Source: Macrostomum hystrix (Eukaryota; Animalia; Platyhelminthes). Taken from it: a stretch of 64,000 nucleotides of DNA. A program made the position numbers and the translations under genes. The first letter of the stretch is position 1; each line of letters opens with the position of its first letter. The notes under the pieces were generated by a model. That model was not told the DNA's origin. It ran no database searches and worked only from the letters and a program-made list of their open reading frames with translations. Below, piece by piece: positions 13,327 through 25,493 of this stretch. The DNA lies in contig CATNEN010000005.1 in the NCBI GenBank assembly GCA_950097015.1, positions 248,001-312,000 on the forward strand, written 5' to 3'.

Positions 13327-13883
13327 CAGTAGAACTACAAATGGGATATCCCCCCTAAACAATTTGGTAGAGCGGAACAACGCAAGCACACGAAACTCCA
13401 GAAAGCCGGGTCAACTTATTTTTGCGCATCAATAATCAAGTCGCTAGCTCTTCAGACCGCCGAGAAATTCAATAGTTCTGGCCAATGCTTAGATTTTTCC
13501 TATAAGCGCTAGGGTATTTCATGCACCCCTTTACACAAATTAGCACTGCGCCTCAGTGCGGCCTTAACAAGCCTTTAAACTTTATCAGCATGTCAGCCAA
13601 ATGTACCTGCATCATCTCCGTCTTCGGTGGTCACCTGCCTTTATCTAGACGGAGTTTCTGGACCTTCAAGTGGTACAACAGTCACTAGGGACACCCTGAC
13701 GCCAATTTCTCCAATTTCACTGATCGAGCCTAAATATTAGGCGTAGCTCAACCACAGTACACCATCGCCTAGTCTGTCAACCAATCAGTCACGACTCCAC
13801 CGCTGTTGGCATTCAGGCGCTGCCAAAAAGATTTCAGGGCGGATTTACCAAACAGGCGGCAAAATGACTAGGTAGTCCTACTG
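13327..13883 (+). mobile_element. MITE family TTAA-CAGTAG, full copy
   Basis: TTAA-CAGTAGAACTAC ... GTAGTCCTACTG-TTAA. The interior is homologous to 3585-4116 and 49031-49496. Confidence 0.8.
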
Positions 13884-14561
13884 TTAAAATCAACCAAGCG
13901 TCAACAAAATGGTAAGTGGCAGAGGGTTAATGCGTTTGCCTCTCGCACCAAGGTCCCCGAGCTCGATTCCGCGGCGAGGCCGATAATCAACAATACAAAT
14001 ATATAATATAATATAATATAATATAAAATATTCGGTATGGTTACTGATGAAGCTTTGAGCAGTTCGTAGAATGTTTTTGCCACAAGATACGAAGACATCC
14101 CGCGAGAATCTGCGGGTCAGCTGATTTAGTTGAATATCTAGACAATGATTCTGGATATTTCTTCATCGGATAAAGCATTTTGGAAGATACAGAAAAAAGC
14201 TGTGCACATTTAAACTAACACCATGACCATTCTACCTACAGTAAAAGCTTATTTTGAACTAAGTGACGCCTGGGTCCCATGGGTGTCATTTTTATTGTGC
14301 CATTTTCAGACCAGCTTCATTTTCAAACAGTTATAAACTCTGATACATATTTGATACATACTGTTTTGATACATTTGATACATTGTATAAAAAGTTGTAC
14401 AAGTGCAGTGATTGCGGAGTTAATTTGATGCTAATCTGTATTCCTGCCTTATAGAGTATTTAGCTTGCACAGCTACAGCGGTTTTTCATATATAAGATAG
14501 ATTTTCGATGCGCAATATACGCTCGTTGTTTAAGTTTTACAGTTGTATAGAATCTGCAGGT

Positions 14562-15866
14562 ATGGCTGTTACCGAGGAAGGTACAGGCTTGGCTAGCATT
14601 TTTCAGGTTATCCTACTGTTCGTCATGGAGCTATGCAGCCAGGCGTTGGCGGGGTACATGTCAGTGCAGGATCCGCACAATTTCGAGATGAGGAACGGCA
14701 TGTGCCTGTTGAAAGGCGGTCAATCGGCCGAAAACAAAGCTCACGCCACAGAGTACTTTACCTATCTGCTGCCAGTGCTCGGTGGTTTGATGGCAACGAT
14801 CTTTATGAGCTACATCTCCGTCATCCAACTTGGCGGCTTTATCTTCCTGTTTTCCGCTGTGGTCATGGCAGTGGCTGGAAGCATGAACCTGCTGTGCTAC
14901 AGCCCCCAACTCAGCCATTTTCTGTGGGCCTTGCCAACAATCAGCTCTGGCATTGTTAAGCCAGCCATCGTCTATGGTATCTGCAGGCGTCACTTAAACT
15001 GGCGCTCGCCAAACAGCCTTAGCATTCTGTTCGCAGTACTATTCATTTTCAGCTGCCTTGGAGAGCACATTGGTATCATGCCATGGTCGGAATTCTTGGG
15101 ATTAAGTCATCCTCTATTTGGAGTTGCGTTCAGTGTATTGTTCATTATTTTCTCCCTATTTATGCAGGAAGACTCGTTCGATATTAAATTCGAACTGCCG
15201 CGGCGGCAGAGAATATTGCGCTTAGCGAAGATTTTCTCCGGACTGACACCGTTTGCTGCTGTCTTGTCAAATTATCATTGGACGATATACGCCAAGGAGT
15301 GGCGACTTCTAGTAGGTTACCAGCAAAGCGATTGGAGCTTGTCGCTATCTCCCATTGTAGCCAGGCTAGCCGCATACTTGGCAACGGCCTTTATTACCAT
15401 TGTGCTCTCCTGCTACTTCAAACTGCCTATTGTTGCTAGAATTTACACAGCCATCACCATCGAAATGTTGGTTTCAATAGGCTTGTCAATTTCAACAGCT
15501 GCGGCTGTTTTTATCGAGCTCAACAAATCACTGGTGACTGTCTGGCTGCTAGCTTCGTTCTGCGATGGCGTGGCTTGTTGCCTGGCGACAGTGGCTGTCT
15601 ATGAACTGTTCGACAGATTATCAGATGAGTCAGGTAAGCCGCTAGCTGCCGGCATCATGCTCACCATGTTCGGTGTTGGCGGCTTTATCAGCTTTCTCCT
15701 GAGCCAGGCGTTTGAGGCCCAAACGGTGACCGATTGGTCGTCAATGCTATTTATCTATCACATAGTGTGCGTTATACTGCTAGCGATCAGCCTGCTCTAC
15801 CACAAACTCATCAGCATTCCTTTGGCAGAGGTGCTGCTGGTGACTGCCGATGAGATGGAATACTGA
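14562..15866 (+). CDS. Intronless multi-TM MFS transporter, divergent POT/PTR2 (SLC15-like), copy 1
   Basis: The 452-aa ORF 14508-15866 probably starts at ATG 14562, just after tgcag. YFTYLLPVLGGLMA resembles POT TM2 YxxPxxGGxxAD, SSGIVKPAI resembles TM4 GxGxxKPN, and YELFDRLSDESGKPLAAGIM resembles the C-terminal POT motif. About 11-12 hydrophobic segments. Confidence 0.75.
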   Translation: MAVTEEGTGLASIFQVILLFVMELCSQALAGYMSVQDPHNFEMRNGMCLLKGGQSAENKAHATEYFTYLLPVLGGLMATIFMSYISVIQLGGFIFLFSAVVMAVAGSMNLLCYSPQLSHFLWALPTISSGIVKPAIVYGICRRHLNWRSPNSLSILFAVLFIFSCLGEHIGIMPWSEFLGLSHPLFGVAFSVLFIIFSLFMQEDSFDIKFELPRRQRILRLAKIFSGLTPFAAVLSNYHWTIYAKEWRLLVGYQQSDWSLSLSPIVARLAAYLATAFITIVLSCYFKLPIVARIYTAITIEMLVSIGLSISTAAAVFIELNKSLVTVWLLASFCDGVACCLATVAVYELFDRLSDESGKPLAAGIMLTMFGVGGFISFLLSQAFEAQTVTDWSSMLFIYHIVCVILLAISLLYHKLISIPLAEVLLVTADEMEY

Positions 15867-16793
15867 ACTCACGGCTGTCTTTTAGTAGACATGCCAATTA
15901 TAATTGCGAGATTTGTTTATTTTTATTCTTGATATTTTTTTCCATTTCTTTGCTAAGTCTCAATGAAAGATACAATCCGAAAATTACATTAGTATAATAA
16001 CGAGTACAAAAATGCATTACTTAAAAAACTCGCCGAGGGAAGGCTTGGTGGCTTGTCGTGCAATTTACGACTCAATTTACGACTTAGGCCAGACTCAAAG
16101 GCACAGTGAGTCTACACTGCCTGACAATGAAAAAGTCAGAGCAGATGTACACAACTGTGTGAGTATGTGCTCAGGAGTCAGCGGAATGGACAGAAGACGT
16201 GCCTCCTCGCTGGCTGCGGGTCTACCGTCACTAAATGATGCATCCACAGTCCTCTTGAAAATGATTCTCATTAATTAATGACATTTTGTCTAATAGATGA
16301 GATTCGTTGTTTGATGTAATTGACTTGTTGACGATTTGAATCAAGTATCACACTTTCAGCACACTCATTTGACTACATTTTCTGTTTCAAAGAAAAATTT
16401 TGGCAAGTAGAGCTGCTTCTGTAGTGGCAGGGTTAGAACGTGCAGTTAAATGTTTCCTACAAGCAGTTTATATGGAAGACAGTGTGCGCAAAACTCCTAG
16501 CCAATGTGCAAAGCAAACGATGGTGCATTGTGCATCGAGCTAGGGCTATATGTTATAAAAGTTCTCAGCGAATCGGGTACTGTCCTACACTGTACAATAA
16601 ACGGTACAAAGGCGAACATGCACAGTGTGCAGCATTCACAGTTTTCTCAGACTGCAAGCTGCCGTGCAAATAATTTAATTCAACAGCGTTGGCTAAACGC
16701 TAAGTCGTTTAGTAGAGTTTTATAGTAGAGCTTGAGTTTAAAGTTCAGAAATTAGTCATCATTGATATTGTCTCTTATGCGAATCAATTCTCG

Positions 16794-18188
16794 ATGGATT
16801 TCATAGCCCTGAGAGTAATTATCATCGCTTGCTTATTAAAGCTGTTGATGAAGACGATAGACTCCCTGTTGGCAGTTGAACAACCGTCACATTTTCACCT
16901 GGTGTTGAGAAACACCACCGAGCCGGGGCACCCGACAGGAACGTGCCAGTTTAGCTCGAAAATTCGTTCCTACAGCGGTATGTCAGCCGCCACCGAATGG
17001 ATTTACAGTGCGAGATACTTGCTACCAGTTATTGGAGGCATTATGTCTACAAGAGCCTGGCTAGGATACAAGCGCGTATTACAGATAGGCGGCTTCACAA
17101 TGCTACTTTCGACAGTCCTCCTCTCAGTGTCCATGTACCTAGGCCTCATGTGTCAAGCCTCGCCGATAATACCAATCATCTGGCTACTGTTGCCGGTGTT
17201 CTTCGGGCTCACGCAGCCGAATATTCTGTATTGCATGTTCAAGTGGTTCGTGAATCCGCACCTCGCCACCATCATGTCTGCGACGTACTATATTACAGCT
17301 ATCGGCGGAAAATTCATGGCGCAGCAGCTGCAGTTGCTGGCCAGAACCGATTTTCTGGGTCCCAATTCATCGCTGGTTAGCATCTGTGTCAGCGTTTTCT
17401 TTCTTCTGTTGTCATTTCTGTTGCCGAACAATCAGCTCGGCTGGGAGCCCTTCCACGTGCCGCATCGGCTCAGACTGAAGCGATATTTTAAAATCTTCAG
17501 CGGTGTGACATTGCTCTTCTTTACAGAGGCTGACACTAAAGCGTTTGTTTACAATGCGGAGCTAGCATTTCATCTAAATGGGACGGATTACGTAGAAAGA
17601 CATTTTGCCGTATCGCCAGAAATTGCGTCTACCTCGGTGATGTTGCTATTCTGCTTTGTTCATATAATTATTGCATCCAGACAACGACGACTACCCATTG
17701 GTCTGCGCATGCAGCTGTCAGTTCTGATTAAAACTGGAGTCACTGCTAGCCTGATGATCTTCAACATGATTGGGAGCTCCAGTTCTAACACTGTGGTCGC
17801 TGTGTATATGACAGTTTTTATCCTGGATGCCATCGCCAGGTCCACTCTGATGATTGCGGCCTACGACTTGCTCCAGCAGGTCTTGCCGGGAGCTAAGGGC
17901 GCCGAGTGTTTCGTCATTGGCGTCATGCTCACCGTCTGGGGCATCGCCAACGTCGCTAGCCAGGTAGCATTGAAAGCAATGTCCGGCTTGATATTCGACG
18001 GCGAAACAAACGCGCCAGTGCGTAGCTACATCTATCATGCGGTGATGCTGGCTGCTCTTCTAGCTTGCTTCGCATATCAAAAGTTTGTAGCTCTACCCAT
18101 GGCAATCCAGGTAACACCGATTGAACACCTCGAAGAAGAAGAACAAGGCCGAGAAATTGATGACGAGCTGCAGCCGCTGCGATCGTAA
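16794..18188 (+). CDS. Intronless multi-TM MFS transporter, divergent POT/PTR2 (SLC15-like), copy 2 (tandem paralog)
   Basis: 464-aa ORF. RYLLPVIGGIMSTRAWLGYKRVLQIGG resembles POT YLxPxLGGxxADxxLGxxRxxxxG. Also FFGLTQPNI, YYITAIGG and AAYDLLQQVLPG...GVMLTVWGIAN. Collinear with the 14562 ORF. Confidence 0.75.
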   Translation: MDFIALRVIIIACLLKLLMKTIDSLLAVEQPSHFHLVLRNTTEPGHPTGTCQFSSKIRSYSGMSAATEWIYSARYLLPVIGGIMSTRAWLGYKRVLQIGGFTMLLSTVLLSVSMYLGLMCQASPIIPIIWLLLPVFFGLTQPNILYCMFKWFVNPHLATIMSATYYITAIGGKFMAQQLQLLARTDFLGPNSSLVSICVSVFFLLLSFLLPNNQLGWEPFHVPHRLRLKRYFKIFSGVTLLFFTEADTKAFVYNAELAFHLNGTDYVERHFAVSPEIASTSVMLLFCFVHIIIASRQRRLPIGLRMQLSVLIKTGVTASLMIFNMIGSSSSNTVVAVYMTVFILDAIARSTLMIAAYDLLQQVLPGAKGAECFVIGVMLTVWGIANVASQVALKAMSGLIFDGETNAPVRSYIYHAVMLAALLACFAYQKFVALPMAIQVTPIEHLEEEEQGREIDDELQPLRS

Positions 18189-18385
18189 AGTTGAGCCGCT
18201 TTGGAAATTCAATTGTTGCCGATTGTGTCAGAACTTTTTTTGTCATTTCTTCCGCGCCAGAACTGAGCAACGCAGTCGTCAAGTGAAAAGTCAAGTCATC
18301 AAATTTTTTGTATAAATAAATTTTCCAAATGTCTGAAAAACATAACGCATTGGTTTTATTGTTAACTGTTATAATCATTGAGTTA

Positions 18386-18806
18386 CCCTGTAAAAAATTC
18401 GGCTGCTTCTTCGGCGGGTTTTTTGTGCAAAATAGGAGTGGAATCTACCAAAATCCCCCCTATCTCGCAAGAGTTAAAGAAACCACCCAGGAAGCAGCCG
18501 ATGTAACCGTAAATTGTGCGGAAACCGCCGAAGAATCACCCGAACCAGTGGCCCATGGGACAACCAGAGATTTATTTACGGTCGATTCCTCGGCGGTTTC
18601 TGAGCATGGAATCTTCCGAACTGGAGGATTCTTTGGGTGATTCCATTTCGCCACCAAGAAGCACCGAGAAAACGCCCAGTTGGGTAGATTCTAAGCATGG
18701 AATCATCCGATTGGTATGTTTCCAGCGTTCGGCTGTTTCTTTTTCTGGAAACACCGCAGATTCCAACTGGAATCACCCAAAGAAACATCCAATTTTTTTT
18801 AGCGGG
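18386..18806. mobile_element. Second, inverted copy of the 9547-9986 MITE
   Basis: TA-CCCTGTAAAAAATT ... AATTTTTTTTAGCGGG-TA. High identity to the reverse complement of 9547-9986. Confidence 0.75.
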
Positions 18807-19302
18807 TAGTTGTCCTTGTCACCAGGGTCTTCGACAAGAATCGCTGAATATCTCGACGATGCTGACGTCGGATGGCTTTGAAAGTTAATTAATCGAAAAG
18901 TGCAGACATTTTTTATTCAGACAGTGAAATTGCAGGTAAATCCGTCATCCGGTTTGGGAGCTATTGTGGTGTGGGCAGAGGGTACTTGAAATACCCCTTT
19001 AGTTTTTGACCAGGAAAAAATAGCGTGATCTTTCTACTGTTAAACGTTTTTTTACTAAAACTTGGGCGATTCCAAAAGTACTTAAAGAAACATAAAAAAA
19101 CTGGTTTCTTCACAAGTAGAGTTGACGATTGAATAAAACAGCATTTTGAAAGTGGCATTGCCAGCAACCAGTATATAATTATAGCTTGCATTCTATACTG
19201 CACTGCAAATTTATGAGATCAGAGAAAATACGATTACAAGTAGAACATAAGCAAGCAAGTTATTATCTTCACTGCTCCACGAATGCTAGATAGATTATTA
19301 AG

Positions 19303-22300
19303 TTAAAAACCGCGCAAATTAAACCCTGGCGGCGGCGCCTGACCACCGGATTGCTGACCAGGTGGCGGCAATTTAGCAGTAACAGCCGCAGCAGCAGCAG
19401 CCGCCGCCGCCACCGCAGCCGAAGGAGCTGCGGCAGCTGGCAGGTCCTGACTACTGTTGAATATGTCGCCATCACCGCCGCGAATGAGTCTAGAATAGGC
19501 TTTGCCACCAGAGGGCGGCTTCGGACTGTGCCGCTGATGATGATGCCCGCCAGCGGCAGCGGAGGCCGCCCGTTGACCCTCGGATCTGGCTGGCCAGGTT
19601 GGGAACAGGGCCGGGTCGATGGGCGCCGGGCGTTCGCTGAAGTATTCGTGCTTCAGAGCCTGCTCAGCCGATAGTCGCTTAGCCGGATCGAAGGTCAGTA
19701 GGCCGTTAATTAGGCTGAAAGCGGCGTCCGACATGCGATCTGGCGGGAATCGATTTTTTAATCGATTAAATCGATATTCTTCGCCATCGAACATTGGCTG
19801 ATCGACTAGAAGCCGTTTGCCCATCGGTAATTGTAGAACACCGGGCCAGATTTTCTCGCTAGGTCGGCCCAGATCTCTAAACACTAATTTGAGTTGTTCT
19901 AATTCGCCTTTACCGCGAAATAGCGGCTCCTTCAATAGCAGCTCGCCAAAGATGCAGCCGACACTCCAGCAGTCGATCGGGGTGCTGTACAGCTTAGTTC
20001 CCATCAGCAGTTCCACGGAGCGATACCAAAGCGTCACCACAATGCTCGTGTACTTCCTCAACGGGCTGCCATATTCACGGGCTAAACCGAAGTCGCCAAC
20101 TTTGAGAATGCCCTTGTGACTGAGCAGCAGGTTTGAAGTCTTCAGATCTCGATGCAGAATCCAGTTGTCGTGCAGGTGGGCCACGGCGCGAAGCAGCTGC
20201 ACCATCAGACACTTCACTTCTTCAATCTGCGCGGAATTAAAGCGGGTGAAATGCTTGAACTTCAGGTGTAATGACAGTGTTGTCTGAACTTCAGGTGGAA
20301 TGACAGTGAGACCTGACCTTCAGGTGTAATAACAGTGAGACCTGAACTTCAGGTGGAATGACAGTGAGTCCTAACCTTCAGGTGGAATGACAGTGATTCC
20401 TAACCTTCAGGTGGAATGACAGTGAGTCTTAACCTTCAGGTGGAATGACAGTGAGTCCTAACCTTCAGGTGTAATGACAGTGAGTCCTAACCTTCAGGTG
20501 GAATGACAGTGAGTCCTAACCTTCAGGTGTAATGACAGTGAGTCCTAACCTTCAGGTGGAATGACAGTGAGACCTAACCTTCAGGTGGAATGACAGTGAG
20601 TCCTAACCTTCAGGTGGAATGACAGTGAGTCCTAACCTTCAGGTGGAATGACAGTGAGTCCTAACCTTCAGGTGGAATGACAGTGAGTCCTAACCTTCAG
20701 GTGGAATGACAGTGGTGTCTGAACTTCAGGTGGAATGACAGTGAGTCCTAACCTTCAGGTGTAATGACAGTGAGTCCTAACCTTCAGGTGTAATGACAGT
20801 GAGTCCTAACCTTCAGGTGGAATGACAGTGAGTCCTAACCTTCAGGTGGAATGAAAGTGAGTCCTAACCTTCAGGTGTAATGACAGTGAGTCCTAACCTT
20901 CAGGTGGAATGACAGTGAGTCCTAACCTTCAGGTGGAATGACAGTGAGTCCTAACCTTCAGGTGTAATGACAGTGAGTCCTAACCTTCAGGTGGAATGAC
21001 AGTGAGTCCTAACCTTCAGGTGGAATGAAAGTGAGTCCTAACCTTCAGGTGTAATGACAGTGAGTCCTAACCTTCAGGTGGAATGACAGTGAGTCCTAAC
21101 CTTCAGGTGGAATGAAAGTGAGTCCTAACCTTCAGGTGTAATGACAGTGAGTCCTAACCTTCAGGTGGAATGACAGTGAGTCCTAACCTTCAGGTGGAAT
21201 GACAGTGAGTCCTAACCTTCAGGTGGAATGACAGTGAGTCCTAACCTTCAGGTGGAATGACAGTGAGTCCTAACCTTCAGGTGGAATGACAGTGAGTCCT
21301 AAACTTCAGGTGTAATGACAGTGGTGTCTGAACTTCAGGTGGAATGAACAGTGCTTTAATTAAAAGCCTACTCACCTTGAACGGCTTAGTCATAATCTCC
21401 ATCAGGGCCTTGAGATCGTGCTCAACATAGTCCATCACAATGAAGATCTTGTCCATATTACTGCCTACAACAATTTCTCGCACAGTAACAATATTTTCGT
21501 GCTGCGCTTTCAACAGAGTGTTGATCTCTCTTAGAGATGTGATAGGAAAGCCTTCGCGCTCATTCTCCATTTTCAATCGTTTCAGAGCCACAATCTCTTT
21601 GGTCTTCTTGTCGTAGGCTCGATAGACGACACCGTATGTGCCTTCCTCGATTCGATTTAGGCAATGAAACTCTTCTACATTGCGGCAGCCCTGAATGGCC
21701 GGCAGATAGACTCGGCGTGGTGGCCTAGAAATCTCATCTGTCTGCTGCTGTTGCTGCTGTTCCTGCGAAGGTTGCGGCGGCGGCTGCTGCTGCTGCTGAT
21801 GCGACTTCTTCGAAGATTTAACAGGCGACTCTGAACCTGACGACGAAGACGAAGAAGCCGACGAACGGTCGGGCGAATCGGAGCCAGACGAAGAACTTGA
21901 CGACGGCGAACTGGCCATGGCTACAGGCGCCGGGTCTTCAATCGACACCATCGGCGAAGTGCCAAGATCTTTTTCATCTTCGTTGGCATTGCTGTCAGCG
22001 GAGTAAGCAGCTGCGGCTATGGAAGTCGGCTGCTGCTGCTGCTGCTGTTGCTGCTTCTCTTTCAGTCGCTTCTGCAAACGACGCCGCAAGTCCTCTTCCT
22101 GACGCTGAGTCGAAGAGCTGCCAACTGACGAGGGCTGAGCCCGTCTTGACAGCTTCGCAGCGGCCGCGGTGGCGGCTGCGGACGCATCAGACGGCGATTG
22201 ATTGTCGTGCCGACGTTTCCGACTGTCCCTGCCGCGCTGATCCCTATCGCGCTCCCGGCCTCTGTCCCGATCCCGACGATGATCCCGATCCCAGTCCCTG

Positions 22301-22692
22301 CCAGCGTCAGCGCGTCGGCGATGCCCTTGACGCCGTGATCCAGTCGCCGCCGCCCTGTCTTGAACTAGTTCGTCAGAGGTGGCTGGAGAATTGGAGCGCG
22401 AGCGAGACTGGCTGGCCGAATCGCTGCCCCTAACCAGGATGGGATTATTATCCCGATTTGGCGGCGAGGCGCCGGAAGCGGACGACCGCGAAGACGACGG
22501 AGAGGAAGTTGGAGATCGGGGAGGCAAGCCAGAGCGATTGGCCGACGCCTGAGCTGGAATACTGACGGCCGATGTTGGCCTTGATTTCGGCTGCGGCTGC
22601 TGCTGTTGCTGGCGACGCATTGCGCTGCTTTCGCTAGCGTATCTGCTGCTACTGTCGCTGCTGCTGTTGCTTCGATTCGAATTGCGACGAGG
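19303..22692 (-). CDS. CDK11: Cyclin-dependent kinase 11 (PITSLRE)
   Basis: Exons 22692-21376 and 20226-19303, joined as KPFK|IEEVKCLM. Motifs: [52 protein letters not shown], with an RD/RE-rich N-terminus. The start is uncertain: there is an acceptor at 22693 and a first internal ATG at 22620. Confidence 0.95.
20250..21350. repeat. 29-bp minisatellite (taaccttcaggtggaatgacagtgagtcc)n filling the CDK11 intron
   Basis: Direct tandem units. Confidence 0.95.
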
Positions 22693-22849
22693 CTGAAATG
22701 AGATCAATTTGAGAACTTAATGCAAGCTGTCGAGAAATCAGTTTTCTAGTCTTATACTCTTCTACTCTGTGATCTGAGTCGGCAAACTTAATAGGGTGCG
22801 CGCCACCGAGAGAACAAAAAAGACGACCGCGGGTGCATTGACGGTAGGA

Positions 22850-23240
22850 ATATGAGACACAGAGGAGCTGGGACACGGGAGAGATGAGACACGGGAGAGA
22901 TGAGACACGGGAGAGATGAGACACGGCAGAGATAAGACACGGGAGAGATAAGACACGGGAGAGTTGAGACACGGGAGAGATGAGACAGGAGAGTTAAGAC
23001 ACGGGAGAGATGAGACACGGCAGAGATGAGACACAGGAGAGATTAGACAGAGGAGAGATAAGACACGGGAGAGATAAGACACGGGAGAGTTGAGACACGG
23101 GAGAGATAAGACACGGGAGAGATAAGACACGGGAGAGATGAGACACGGCAGAGATGAGACACGGCAGAGATGAGACACAGGAGAGATTAGACAGAGGAGA
23201 GATAAGACACAGGAGAGATAAGACACGGCAGAGATGAGAC
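22850..23240. repeat. 16-bp minisatellite (gagacacgggagagat)n
   Basis: The reverse complement is nearly the same unit as the 8510 array. Confidence 0.9.
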
Positions 23241-24129
23241 TCTCCATCTCCAGATGAGATAAATATTAGACAGGATACTATCCGTTAGAAGGGGCAACAG
23301 GTGGCATTTGGGAGCTTTCATGGCCGCATCTGGATTAAAATCATTCTCATAGATCCCTAAAGTATCTTTGATTTCATATTTTTACATATTTCATTCCATC
23401 TAATTAAAATTCTTAAATTAACAGTTGTTAAAAACGCCGACAAATGTTTAACCTATCGCATGTAATTTCTTTCATTGTTAAAAAAATACGGACGCTCTTT
23501 GTATCAGCAATATCGCGCAGCGAAAAATGGCCTTATATTTTTAGGAAAGAAACCTTTGCAAGCAAGGCAAATTATAAGCATAAGTAGCAAATGTCCTACT
23601 AAAAGTAGTGCCGTTTATAAACAATAGTTATTCTAGTTTAGCAGCATAAAATTTGTAATATGTAAAGGCAGATGTTATGTAGCTGTAAACTTTTTGTGTA
23701 AAAGAATAGAAAATAACTAGCTGTAGTTAAATGAGACAGACAAATGTGAGCAGGCTAAATTGACGAAAAACATCACCGCAAAACAATTATTGCTAGGAAG
23801 CGTAAAAATGCTAGATGAACTCATTAGGCTAATAGGAATGACAAGAAAATCGAAAAAAGAACAATTATTTCACGTGGATACTTTGTGAATGAAGCCGTCA
23901 AATGAACTACTAACTCGGTCAACTTTTGAACAAGAAATAGGGGCTGATGAAGAATGCCGCTACTAACGTAAAGTGCAAATCGTTATAAAAGTACTAATGG
24001 CATCCTTAGGCATATAGAAATCTTCAGGAACACGGAACAGATCTCAAGACAAATATAACTTTTTTTTGGACACCTAGAATCAATAGTTTGACATAGAATT
24101 GATTTACCACATCTAATGTGTACCTTTAG

Positions 24130-25420
24130 GCATCTCGAGTAGGTCTTTAGACATCTAGAATAGGTCTTTAAACATCTAGAATAGGTCTTTAAACATCTAG
24201 AATAGGTCTTTAAACATCTAGAATAGGTCTTTAGACATCTAGAATAGGTCTTTAAACATCTAGAATAGGTCTTTAGACATCTAGAATAGGTCTTTAGACA
24301 TCTAGAATAGGTCTTCAAACATCTAGACTAGGTCTTTAGACATCTAGAATAGGTCTTTAGACATCTAGAATAGGTCTTTAAACATCTAGAATTAGGTCCC
24401 TTAGACATCTAGAATAGGTCTTCAAACATCTAGACTAGGTCTTTAGACATCTAGAATAGGTCTTTAGACATCTAGAATAGGTCTTTAAACATCTAGAATT
24501 AGGTCCCTTAGACATCTAGAATAGGTCTTTAGACATCTAGAATAGGTCTTTAAACATCTAGAATAGGTCTTTAGACATCTGGAATAGGTCCCTTAGACAT
24601 CTAAATTGGTCTTTAGACATCTAGAATAGGTCTTTAAACATCTAGAATATGTATTTAAACATCTAGAATAGGTCTTTAGACATCTAGAATAGGTCTTTAA
24701 ACATCTAGAATAGGTCTTTAGACATCTAGAATAGGTCTTTAGACATCTAGAATAGGTCTTTAAACATCTAGAATAGGTCTTTAAACATCTAGAATAGGTC
24801 TTTAGACATCTAGAATAGGTCTTTAAACATCTAGAATAGGTCTTTAGACATCTAGAATAGGTCTTTAGACATCTAGAATAGGTCTTCAAACATCTAGACT
24901 AGGTCTTTAGACATCTAGAATAGGTCTTTAGACATCTAGAATAGGTCTTTAAACATCTAGAATAGGTCTTTAGACATCTAGAATAGGTCTTTAGACATCT
25001 AGAATAGGTCTTTAAACATCTAGAATAGGTCTTTAGACATCTAGAATAGGTCTTTAGACATCTAGAATAGGTCTTTAGACATCTAGAATAGGTCTTTAAA
25101 CATCTAGAATAGGTCTTTAGACATCTAGAATAGGTCTTTAGACATCTAGAATAGGTCTTCAAACATCTAGACTAGGTCTTTAGACATCTAGAATAGGTCT
25201 TTAGACATCTAGAATAGGTCTTTAAACATCTAGAATAGGTCTTTAGACATCTAGAATAGGTCTTTAGACATCTAGAATAGGTCTTCAAACATCTAGACTA
25301 GGTCTTTAGACATCTAGAATAGGTCTTTAGACATCTAGAATAGGTCTTTAGACATCTAGAATAGGTCTTTAAACATCTAGAATTAGGTCCCTTAGACATC
25401 TAAATTGATCTTTAGACATC
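24130..25420. repeat. 21-bp minisatellite (agacatctagaataggtcttt)n
   Basis: Direct tandem units immediately downstream of the BTB gene. Confidence 0.95.
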
Positions 25421-25493
25421 CAGCTTAGATTGTTTGACATATAATACGACATATCTGCATTGAGAAAGATGAAACTTATTCAATTAGCAATGC

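Noticed and set aside
20250-21350. CRISPR-like appearance of 29-35 bp repeats (also 44340, 52325, 53790)
   Set aside because: The units are head-to-tail with no unique spacers, there are no cas genes, and the context is eukaryotic.
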